Positions 26,712 to 35,030 of a DNA stretch of 64,000 nt are shown here, piece after piece (within the stretch, counting starts at the first letter, position 1; every line of letters starts with the position of its first letter). The DNA is taken from positions 3,872,001 to 3,936,000 of the forward strand of contig OZ241867.1 in the NCBI GenBank assembly GCA_965203175.1, in the 5' to 3' direction. This DNA comes from Candidatus Latescibacterota bacterium (lineage in GTDB: Bacteria; Latescibacterota; UBA2968; UBA8231). The notes beneath the pieces are model-generated. The model worked only from the letters and a program-made list of their open reading frames with translations, did no database searches and was not told where the DNA came from. A program made the position numbers and the translations under genes.

Positions 26712-28082
26712 TTACAACACCAGCTTGTCCGGCGGCTCGTAGTCGCTTTTGCGCGGATCCCAGCGGGTTCCGCATTTGTCGCTGATGACCACCCATTCAC
26801 CCGGACTGAGGTTCCCTTGGTGGTGGTAATTGAAGCGCCTGAGCCCGGCGGCCTCAGCGGTGTCGAGCAACATCTTGAGGTCGCGCGCTGACATGGGATC
26901 GCCGTCGTGGGGAAAGCGACCGGTGTCGAGCCAGGGCACGATGCGTTCCGGGTCACCGACCGCGGCCAGCGCCCGCCGCGTCTCTTGCGTTACCACCTGC
27001 TCGAAAAACTCCGGATTGAGGGCGCTTTCGAAGTCGAGCATATCGTCGCCCACGCCCGGCAGGACGATGCCGAAGAGTGCTTGCACGACGTCGAGGGTGT
27101 CGGCTACACTGATCCCCGGATTCCACTCCAAGAGCGTCTGCGAATAGCGGTAAACCGTGCCGAGGAAGCCGTCGAAGCCTCGGTGAAAGAAGTAGTGCTT
27201 CGGCAGCAGGAAATCCATGAACTGGGCCAAATCGACAAAGTCGTACCCACACAAGGGAGCGAAGGCGGCCGAGCGCGGGCCGCATCCTAGGCGCACCGGG
27301 CGCTCCAACTCGGTGGCGACGCCCTCGCGGATGCGGCGAAAATAGCGGGTCAACGAGTCGGCCCGGAACGACAGCCAAGCCATCAGATCGGGATCGGCCC
27401 CGAGCATGCGGTAAGCACCGACTAGGCCGCCGCGGGCGTGTCCGCGGATGCGCACGGGGTCGAGGTTGTGGAACAGGGACAGGAGCCTGTCTTTGGCGGC
27501 CACCATGGCCTCGTAGTCGTACCCTAGATCTGCGGCCATCGGCGCTACAGATTCCGGCAGGTCGTGAAAGAAGTAGGAGCGGTGATTCATGTGATGGGGG
27601 GCGATTTCGTATCCCCACTCCGGTCCGTCCATCACGGCACCGTCTGCCATCGGGAAGTGCTCTAGCGTGTCGACCATACGCGCCACCCGCGATGCCAGCG
27701 TCTTGTCGTCGTGCAGGTGGTGGCCCTGCCCGCCCGGACCGGCACCTCCATCGGCATACATACAGTAAACCTGCATGCCGTGGTCTTTGGCGGCGTTCAT
27801 CGTCTTTTCTAACAGGGCTCTTTTCTCGGGTAGTTTGTGCTCCGGCGGCGGTGGCGGCTCGACTCCGAGTCGCGCGTACACCGCCGGATTTGGATCGTAC
27901 GCTTCCGCCACGATGTCGTCGGTGGGAGCGGACACTGCATCTTTCGATAGTTTTGCCGTGCCGAAGACGAGTGGACCGAACACGACGCCGTCGACGCCGC
28001 CCTCCGCCCAAGCGTCGAGTATGCGCTCGTGATCGTTCATTACGCTTTCTAGATCACGCATTACATCCATCCATAGCTTCAT
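26712..28082 (-). CDS. Hypothetical protein, possibly TIM-barrel glycoside-hydrolase-like
   Basis: GAGGAGG RBS before ATG 28082 (MKLWMDV); 456 aa; alternating alpha/beta pattern with ADGAVMDGPE. The fold is a guess. Confidence 0.6.
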   Translation of the reverse strand: MKLWMDVMRDLESVMNDHERILDAWAEGGVDGVVFGPLVFGTAKLSKDAVSAPTDDIVAEAYDPNPAVYARLGVEPPPPPEHKLPEKRALLEKTMNAAKDHGMQVYCMYADGGAGPGGQGHHLHDDKTLASRVARMVDTLEHFPMADGAVMDGPEWGYEIAPHHMNHRSYFFHDLPESVAPMAADLGYDYEAMVAAKDRLLSLFHNLDPVRIRGHARGGLVGAYRMLGADPDLMAWLSFRADSLTRYFRRIREGVATELERPVRLGCGPRSAAFAPLCGYDFVDLAQFMDFLLPKHYFFHRGFDGFLGTVYRYSQTLLEWNPGISVADTLDVVQALFGIVLPGVGDDMLDFESALNPEFFEQVVTQETRRALAAVGDPERIVPWLDTGRFPHDGDPMSARDLKMLLDTAEAAGLRRFNYHHQGNLSPGEWVVISDKCGTRWDPRKSDYEPPDKLVL

Positions 28083-28101
28083 GGTCAACCTCCTCTGTTG
28101 T

Positions 28102-28857
28102 TCAGTGGGTAGGCGTAAAGCGGCACACGCCGTCGAAGGAGACGCGCAACCGGGGGTGGCTCTCGTAGGGCCACGGATTGTAGGAGCGGGGAATGTAGTG
28201 GCCGGCCCAGCTATGGCGAAAAGCACCCTCGTCCAAAATGGGGCCGCCACGATGGATTAAGCGACCGTTGAAGAACACGATGTCGCCTTTGTCTGCTTCA
28301 ATGGCAATTTCCGGCAATTCATTGCGCGCGAAAAGGGTGTCAAAAGCGTCGTCCGGCTCCCAGCCATACCAAGGGCCTGGCTCGCCGTTTTCATCGCGGC
28401 GGAAATGGCGCTTTTCTATTAACGCTCTCTTGTGGGAGCCTACCTGAATGTGAATGCTGCCGTTGCGGGCGCTGACTTGCTGGAGAGCGACCCAAGCCGA
28501 CATGCAGCCCGGCAGGAAAAAGGCGTCTTGGTGCCGGCGTTGCTCGGATCCCTTGTAAAAGTACATGCTCTGGACCCCGTCTGGCTCGTCGCCGAGGAAG
28601 GTGCGCAGCGGCTGGCGCAGTCGAGGATCGAGCATCCAAGCTAGGCCAGCGGGATGGTGCAGGCTACGGCTGATTAAGCGGCTCCAATCGTCCGGTTGAC
28701 GCGGGGGATAGCCCTCGATGCTAAAGCCGCCGGCGTGGAGGTCCATCATGTAGGCGACAAAGCGGTCGCACTCGTCGGTAGTAAACCCACTGCGGACGAT
28801 CGCATAGCCGTCGCGTTCGTACTGTTCTTGGTGCGGGGAGGTTATTTCTAGTTCCAT
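28102..28857 (-). CDS. PhyH-family dioxygenase
   Basis: YERDGYAIV, RHQD, SAWVAL, NGSIHIQVGSHK, GDIVFFNGRLIHRG. Confidence 0.9.
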   Translation of the reverse strand: MELEITSPHQEQYERDGYAIVRSGFTTDECDRFVAYMMDLHAGGFSIEGYPPRQPDDWSRLISRSLHHPAGLAWMLDPRLRQPLRTFLGDEPDGVQSMYFYKGSEQRRHQDAFFLPGCMSAWVALQQVSARNGSIHIQVGSHKRALIEKRHFRRDENGEPGPWYGWEPDDAFDTLFARNELPEIAIEADKGDIVFFNGRLIHRGGPILDEGAFRHSWAGHYIPRSYNPWPYESHPRLRVSFDGVCRFTPTH

Positions 28858-28888
28858 CGGGTGCTCGCTCTGTAATTGTGGCCTGTAT

Positions 28889-28920
28889 AACTGACTGAAT
28901 TAACGTTAATTCAGTCAGTT
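28889..28920. promoter_or_regulatory. Perfect 32-bp palindrome, candidate operator
   Basis: AACTGACTGAATTAAC|GTTAATTCAGTCAGTT, about 30 bp upstream of the 28857 start. Confidence 0.55.
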
Positions 28921-28966
28921 TCATGCCTGATATTTACGACAATGGCATTCGCAACGGACTGATGCA

Positions 28967-29923
28967 CTAGTACCCTTTCTTCTTGTCGATGATATTGAGC
29001 ACCGGCTCGCCTTTGAGGTAGCGTTCTAGTTGAACGCAGAAGAACTCGTAGACCTTGCGCGGTCGGTGCTGTGAGGCACCGGCCCGATGCGGGGTGAGGA
29101 TGATGTTGGGCGCGTCCCACAGCGGGGATTCTGCAGGTAGCGGCTCGATTTCAGTGACGTCGATACCGGCACCGGCGATCTGTCCGTCGTGCAGGGCCTC
29201 GCAGAGAGCGTCCTCGTCGATTATGCCGCCTCGCGTCACGTTGATCAGATAGGCGCTTTCCTTCATCAGCGCCAGTTCCTCACGCCCGATGAGGTGGTAC
29301 GTCTCTTCGGTGCGTGGACAGGCTATCATCACCACGTCGGTGCGACGGAGGAGGCTGTGCAGATTTTCGCGGGAGTTGTCCTTGAGTTCGGAAACGCCCG
29401 GCGGCAGGTCGCGGCGCACCGGATCAATGGCGATGATCGGCATGTCGTACCCAGCGGCCCGCTTGGCCATTTCAATCCCAAAGCCCCCCAGTCCCACAAG
29501 ACCCAACGTCTGTCCGGTTAGCTCGACGGTAGTGCCGCCAGCCCATTTGCGCTGGTCGTTGTGGCGAATCGACTGATCGATGCCCCGGGTCAGGGCGAGG
29601 AGCAAGGCCCAAGCGTGTTCGCCGCCTTGGGGGGCGTATAACCCGGCTACGTTGGAAATAGCAACTTCGTCGCGAGCGATGATTTCGGGGAAGAGGAACT
29701 TGTCCATGCCAGTGCTGAAGGACTGGACCCAGCGCAGGTTGGGGGCGGCAGCGCAGACTGCGGGTGGGAAGTGACCGACGATGATGTCGATTTCGCCGGC
29801 TACGGCGAGGGCCTCTTGATCATCGTTGGCCACAAAGACTTCGTGGCCGCCGTTGTCGCGCGCTATTTGGCGCAAGTGGTCGTGTTGTTCGTCGGTGAAT
29901 GGGTAGTGGACTAGGATCTTCAC
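28967..29923 (-). CDS. D-2-hydroxyacid dehydrogenase family (NAD(P)-dependent)
   Basis: GLVGLGGFG, LINVTRGGIIDE, AGIDVTEIEPLP, ILTPHRAG. GTG start at 29923 after GGAGG. Confidence 0.9.
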   Translation of the reverse strand: MKILVHYPFTDEQHDHLRQIARDNGGHEVFVANDDQEALAVAGEIDIIVGHFPPAVCAAAPNLRWVQSFSTGMDKFLFPEIIARDEVAISNVAGLYAPQGGEHAWALLLALTRGIDQSIRHNDQRKWAGGTTVELTGQTLGLVGLGGFGIEMAKRAAGYDMPIIAIDPVRRDLPPGVSELKDNSRENLHSLLRRTDVVMIACPRTEETYHLIGREELALMKESAYLINVTRGGIIDEDALCEALHDGQIAGAGIDVTEIEPLPAESPLWDAPNIILTPHRAGASQHRPRKVYEFFCVQLERYLKGEPVLNIIDKKKGY

Positions 29924-29936
29924 GCGGACCTCCAAA

Positions 29937-30938
29937 CTAGGTTGAGAAATGGGATAGGATGTGATCGATGCGATCGGCGAGCGATTGTTCTAGGCGCGGC
30001 CCGAAGCGGGTTACCACTTGCGCGGCGGCATAGCAGCCTAAGCGCGCCGCGTCTAAGGGGCTGTATCCGTGGGACAGCCCGTAGAGCACGCCACCGGCGA
30101 AAAGATCGCCGGCACCATTGGTGTCGATGGCTTGCACGGGGACGCCGGGGACTTGGTCGTGGGCACCGTCGGCGTACACTAGGGCACCGTCGGCTCCGCA
30201 CGTTACGTAGGCCGTGCCGACTTGGGAAGCTAGGGCCGCGCCGGCCGCCTCGCGGTCACTGGTACCGGTGCTGGCGACCGCTTCCTCCTCGTTGCAGAAG
30301 AGCAGATCTACGCCGTATTGTAAGAGCGCGTCAAAGCGCGCCTGAAAGGTCCGGACGGCAAAAGGATCGCTCAGGGTCAGGGCGACGGCCGTACCGTGGT
30401 GCTGGGCCATTTGCTGCGCGCGGCACGCAGCGGCAAAGCCGTCTTCCGAGCCAAGGAGATAACCCTCTATATAAATGTATTGGCTGTCGGCGATGACCCC
30501 CTCTTGGAGTTGGGCCGGACCGATGGCGCTGCTGATGCCCAAAAAAGTATTGAGGGTGCGGTCGGCGTCGGGAGTAATAAAAACCAAGCACTGGCCGGTC
30601 TTGCCCACGCCGCGGTTGGCCGGATGAGTAGCCACGCCGGCTGCTTCGAGATCGCGTTGGTAAAAGTCGCCCCAAGCGTCGCGACCGGTCAGGCAGGCGT
30701 AATAGGCTCGGCCACCATAACGAGCGACGCCGATGAGGGTATTGGCCACCGAGCCACCCGAAGCCGAGGCGATCGGCTCGCCGCCGACCGCGGCGGTGAG
30801 GTTGCGCTGTCGCGTCTCATCGACGAGGGTCATAACTCCCTTTTCGATTTGGTGCTCGGCGAGGAACTCTGAGGCGACTTGATATTGGATGTCCACTAGG
30901 GCGTGGCCGACGCCATAGACATCGTACGTGCGGGCCAT
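29937..30938 (-). CDS. PfkB-family kinase (adenosine kinase-like)
   Basis: GHALVD, SGGSVAN, FCNEEEA, IDTNGAGDLFAGG. Confidence 0.9.
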   Translation of the reverse strand: MARTYDVYGVGHALVDIQYQVASEFLAEHQIEKGVMTLVDETRQRNLTAAVGGEPIASASGGSVANTLIGVARYGGRAYYACLTGRDAWGDFYQRDLEAAGVATHPANRGVGKTGQCLVFITPDADRTLNTFLGISSAIGPAQLQEGVIADSQYIYIEGYLLGSEDGFAAACRAQQMAQHHGTAVALTLSDPFAVRTFQARFDALLQYGVDLLFCNEEEAVASTGTSDREAAGAALASQVGTAYVTCGADGALVYADGAHDQVPGVPVQAIDTNGAGDLFAGGVLYGLSHGYSPLDAARLGCYAAAQVVTRFGPRLEQSLADRIDHILSHFST

Positions 30939-31098
30939 GGGTTTTCCTTCGGGTGAAAAATAGGCAAAATAACCTATTCGCTCATAGCTGCCAAAAAGGG
31001 AAGGGACAAATCTTTGCTTGTTTTAATTCGCGCTGAGAATATATTAAAAACTCTGCGGGAGACGCCCGCGCTTTCCACCCTTTACGGAGGTTGATGCA

Positions 31099-31620
31099 AT
31101 CGCAGCAAAGAAAAAGAGTTTTACGAGAGTAAACGATGATATTCGCGTGCCCCAAATCCGACTCATCGGGTCCGATGGGGGGCAGGTGGGGATCATCGAA
31201 ACGGCCCGTGCCTTGGCCATGGCGGAGGAAGCCAATCTCGACCTAGTGGAAGTGGCCGCCGAAGCGCGCCCGCCGGTCTGCCGGATTATCGACTACGGCA
31301 AGTTCCGCTACGACCAAGAGAAAAAGGCTAAGGAAGCGCGCAAGAAGCAGCAAAACGTGCAAATGAAGGGCATTCGCATCGCCCAACCCACTATTTCCGA
31401 ACACGATCTCGAATACCGGACAGGCCACATCCGCACGTTTATCGAAAAGGGAAACCGGGTCAAAGTCAGCGTCCGCTTTCGCGGGAGGCAGATGGCTTAC
31501 CAAGAACAGGGGTTCCAGCTACTGCAAGATCTAGCTGCCAAGCTCGAGGATGTAGCCGTCGTCGACCAAGAGCCCAAAATGGAAGGCCGCGAAATGTCGC
31601 TCATTCTCAAGCCCCTCTGA
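31099..31620 (+). CDS. infC: Translation initiation factor IF-3 (ATC start)
   Basis: GGAGG RBS then ATC GCA GCA AAG..., restoring the conserved RVNDDIR; LDLVEV, PPVCRIIDYGKF, RFRGRQ. Confidence 0.95.
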   Translation: MAAKKKSFTRVNDDIRVPQIRLIGSDGGQVGIIETARALAMAEEANLDLVEVAAEARPPVCRIIDYGKFRYDQEKKAKEARKKQQNVQMKGIRIAQPTISEHDLEYRTGHIRTFIEKGNRVKVSVRFRGRQMAYQEQGFQLLQDLAAKLEDVAVVDQEPKMEGREMSLILKPL

Positions 31621-31638
31621 GGTTGGTCTGAGAAGCGC

Positions 31639-31679
31639 AAAAAGGCCGGTGTCCGCACTGCGGGCGTCGGCCTTTTTTT
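31639..31679. terminator. Intrinsic terminator after infC, probably bidirectional
   Basis: AAAAAGGCCGGTGTCCGC-ACT-GCGGGCGTCGGCCTTTTTTT between convergent genes. Confidence 0.8.
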
Positions 31680-31752
31680 GTTAGTGTACTGTTGACACTA
31701 CCCGCCTCGTTGGCACTCAGGGGTACAATCTCTTTTTTTTAGAGCGGCTGCT

Positions 31753-32553
31753 TCAGGAGGCGACCAGCACGTGTTCGGCTGCGCCATCGAGGCCGGCGAT
31801 GACTGGGAAGGACTTCGACTGCGGGCCATTGGCCTTGGGCACGTAGCGCACGTGAGGTGAGAAATAGGCGTAGAGCGCGGTGTTGCGCGAGCGGTCGGTC
31901 TGGTTGGGGCCGGAACCGTGGACCATCAAGCTGTGGAACAGCACCGCGGATCCAGCCGCAAGCGGCACGTCGATCTGGCGCGCGCTGTCAATATCCTCGC
32001 GATTAGTCAGCGGTGCCCCTTGCTTTTGAGCGATATGGCCCCATTCCTGCAAGCCCCAATGGTGGCTGCCGGGAATAACCTTGATGCAGCCGTTGTCTGG
32101 GGTGGCATCGTTAAGGGCGATGCTCACAGTCACGAGAGCGGGCGGCTCCATTGGCCAATAGGCCGAATCTTGGTGCAGGGCGTGGGCCGAGCCGTGGAAG
32201 GCGGGCTTGAGCATTAGGGTGCTGCGGAAGAGAAGCAGGTCGTCCCCGAGGAGCGCTTGCACGATGGCGACGAGGCGAGGATGGGCCGCAAGTTGGGCGA
32301 AGCATGGCGACAGGGTGCGGGTGTTCTCTATTTTGCGCAGGACTGGCAGACCGTTGCGGTTTTGGTTCTTAGAAAAAGGCTCGCGCTGAAAGTGGCCGCT
32401 GAGTGGGTCTTGGTTGGCCTCTAGGTCGGCGGCTAGTTGGTGCAGGCGTTGGATCTCGTGCTGGCATTGGGCGACTTCGCGGCTGTTGAGCAGACTAGGA
32501 ACAATTAAGTAGCCTTGCTGCTCGAAAAAGGCTCGCTGCTTGTGTGGGTCCAT
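31753..32553 (-). CDS. PhyH-family dioxygenase
   Basis: FEQQGYL, LHQDSAYW, NGCIKVIPGSH, HSLMVHGSGPN..R. Confidence 0.9.
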   Translation of the reverse strand: MDPHKQRAFFEQQGYLIVPSLLNSREVAQCQHEIQRLHQLAADLEANQDPLSGHFQREPFSKNQNRNGLPVLRKIENTRTLSPCFAQLAAHPRLVAIVQALLGDDLLLFRSTLMLKPAFHGSAHALHQDSAYWPMEPPALVTVSIALNDATPDNGCIKVIPGSHHWGLQEWGHIAQKQGAPLTNREDIDSARQIDVPLAAGSAVLFHSLMVHGSGPNQTDRSRNTALYAYFSPHVRYVPKANGPQSKSFPVIAGLDGAAEHVLVAS

Positions 32554-32634
32554 GCGGCACTCCCGCTGTTGAGGTGTAACCCGCTAAGTGTACACTGGTT
32601 GCCGACTGGGTGTCAACTGTCCTCTAGCAAACGC

Positions 32635-34374
32635 ATGAAGCGATTTTTTCCATTTATCCATTGGCTGCCCGAACTCGGCCGGCCAGGCGTCTGGCGCGCC
32701 GATGTGGTCGCGGGCCTTACCGTGGCGACGATCCTCGTGCCCCAAGCCATGGCCTACGCCGAGTTGGCGGGGCTGCCACCGGTTTATGGGCTGTACGCGG
32801 CCTTTCTGCCGCCGGCCGTAGCCGCGCTCTTTGGCTCTTCCCGGCATTTGTCCACCGGCCCGGTGGCCATCGCTTCGCTTATCAGCGCGACGACCGTGCA
32901 GGGGCTCGTTCCCGAGGGCGGCGAGTTGTATATCGCCTATTCGCTGGCCTTGGGCTTGCTGGTCGGCTTGATACGAATTGCCATGGGCGCGTTGCGGTTG
33001 GGCTTGCTGATCGATCTGCTGTCCAGTCCGGTCGTCGTTGGCTTTACCAATGCCGCGGCCTTTATCATCGTCATTTCCCAATTGCACAAGGTATTCGGTG
33101 TGGAGCCCCAACAGGGGGGGCATTTGTTGGCGGCCCTCCGCGTCATCGACGTGGCGCTGTTAGAGGTCCATTGGCCGACGCTGGGGATGGCGGTGTTGGC
33201 TGGGGGGCTGTTGGTAGTTTTGCGCCGCGGTCGTTGGAAGCTGCCGAGCATGTTGACGACGCTAGTGGTCACCACACTCGTTTCTTGGCTGGCTGGATTT
33301 AGCGGGGGAGTGGTCGGCGAGGTTCCGCGCGGTTTGCCGCGGCCGTCGGTGCCGGACTTAGACTTGGGAATCCTGTCTCAACTCTTCGTGGGTGCCTTGA
33401 CTTTGACCATGCTCGGCCTGATGGAGGCCATGGCCATTGCCAAGACCCTCGCTGCACGGACGCGGCAGCATCTCGATATCGATCAAGAACTCATCGGCCA
33501 GGGTATGGCCAATGTGGTCGGCGGGCTTTTCCAAAGCTATGCGACTTCGGGCTCGTTCTCGAGGTCGGCCGTCAACTACCAAAGCGGGGCGCGGACGGGT
33601 TTTGCCTCGGTCGTAGCATCGCTGGTCATCGCCGCGACCCTGCTCTGGCTCACACCGCTGTTGTACTATCTGCCGCAAGCTACGCTCGCCGTTGTTATTA
33701 TCGCCGCTGTCGTCGGCTTGGTACGCATCCAGCCCCTAGTGACTGCTTGGCGCATTAATGTCCACGACGGGTTGATTGGGGCCGCGACTTTTGTCGGCAC
33801 GCTCGCCTTGGCACCGGATTTGCACTTGGGGGTTGCCTTCGGCGTGGGAACCTCGCTGGTACTCAACTTCTACCGCACCATGCGGCCCCGCGTGGTTTTT
33901 CTCGCTCGGCATCTCGACGGCACGATGCGCGAAAGCGACGCGGGGCTGAGGCCGGATCAGCAGATCGCGATCATGCGCTTTGACGGCCAATTGTACTTTG
34001 GTTCAGGCCGTTATTTTGAAGATAAAGTGCTCGAAACGATCGCTTCGGCACCCGAGCTGAGGTACTTGATTCTCGATGCGGACGGGATCAACCGGATCGA
34101 CGCTTCTGGCGAACAAGCGCTGCGCAACGTGGTTGAACGCCTGCGCGAAGTTGGGCTGGATCTGTACTTTACGCGGGCCAAACGGCAGCTTACCGACGCG
34201 CTGGAGCGGTCGGGGCTGATGGATCAGATTGGCCGCGATCACTTTTTTCGCTGGAACCAACACGCGCTCGACTATCTATGGGCACGGCTCCATCCCGATT
34301 ACAAGGCGCGGTGTCCGCTCAATGTGCCTCACTCCCAAGAGTCTGGGAATGGGGAAATCGAGTATTATATATGA
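32635..34374 (+). CDS. SulP/SLC26 anion transporter with STAS domain
   Basis: PQAMAYAELAGLPPVYGLY, GSFSRSAVN, STAS segment DGQLYFG..IDASG. Start at MKRFFPF. Confidence 0.92.
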   Translation: MKRFFPFIHWLPELGRPGVWRADVVAGLTVATILVPQAMAYAELAGLPPVYGLYAAFLPPAVAALFGSSRHLSTGPVAIASLISATTVQGLVPEGGELYIAYSLALGLLVGLIRIAMGALRLGLLIDLLSSPVVVGFTNAAAFIIVISQLHKVFGVEPQQGGHLLAALRVIDVALLEVHWPTLGMAVLAGGLLVVLRRGRWKLPSMLTTLVVTTLVSWLAGFSGGVVGEVPRGLPRPSVPDLDLGILSQLFVGALTLTMLGLMEAMAIAKTLAARTRQHLDIDQELIGQGMANVVGGLFQSYATSGSFSRSAVNYQSGARTGFASVVASLVIAATLLWLTPLLYYLPQATLAVVIIAAVVGLVRIQPLVTAWRINVHDGLIGAATFVGTLALAPDLHLGVAFGVGTSLVLNFYRTMRPRVVFLARHLDGTMRESDAGLRPDQQIAIMRFDGQLYFGSGRYFEDKVLETIASAPELRYLILDADGINRIDASGEQALRNVVERLREVGLDLYFTRAKRQLTDALERSGLMDQIGRDHFFRWNQHALDYLWARLHPDYKARCPLNVPHSQESGNGEIEYYI

Positions 34375-34381
34375 AAAAGAA

Positions 34382-34711
34382 TCAGAACCGCTTGGCGTCG
34401 GTGGGGGGATTGTCTGCGGCGGGGGCGTCGTCGGACAGCAACTGGGTGAAGGAGTCGATGCGGGCATCGGCTCTGTTGAGCAGCGCGTCCTTGTGCTGAC
34501 GAGCGGTGAGCACTTCTTCGGCGATATTGAGCGCGGCTAAGATGGCGATATCGAGCGGACCTCGATGCCTGACCGTAGCGGCGATCTGCTGCATCTTCTC
34601 GTCGAGGTAAGCCGCGGCGAGCCGGACGTACTCGGGGTCTTGGTCCTCGCTGTTGACGAGGTTATAGGTCTGATCGTAAATGCGGACAGCAACTGGTTGT
34701 GATTGCGACAT
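34382..34711 (-). CDS. zapA: Cell division protein ZapA
   Basis: VRIYDQTY, AAYLDEKM, IAILAALNIAEE. Confidence 0.85.
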   Translation of the reverse strand: MSQSQPVAVRIYDQTYNLVNSEDQDPEYVRLAAAYLDEKMQQIAATVRHRGPLDIAILAALNIAEEVLTARQHKDALLNRADARIDSFTQLLSDDAPAADNPPTDAKRF

Positions 34712-35030
34712 GAGATCCCAGGAGATAAAAAGTGGGGACTCCCGCGATCTCCCCTTGTCCCGGAAGCCCCCTCTTTTGCGCGCTAACCACGTGGCAATTA
34801 ACCAATCTATTGGGGCTAGAAATAGTTGTCAACCTACATATTGGATATTTTTGCGACATTTTACAAAAAAAATTAAGAAATCGTTTGTAAAAAATAAAAG
34901 ACGGCCAGTGCGAGAATTTGACGGCCTATAGAGTGCGTTCTTAGTATTGATGAGTGCCTACCAAGTGACCAAAATGCGCGTTAATCCTCTGCAGGATGAA
35001 GAAGGCGCGTAGCCGATCAATGTCTTAAAA

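Noticed and set aside
25985-28250. Long alternative-frame ORFs (323 aa, 352 aa) and the 56-aa N-terminal extension of the 26712 gene
   Set aside because: High-GC frame shadows. The extension overlaps the upstream PhyH gene, and a strong RBS supports the 28082 start.
34375-35030. 6S RNA beside zapA
   Set aside because: Only 7 bp lie downstream of zapA, and no long 6S-like rod was recognised upstream.
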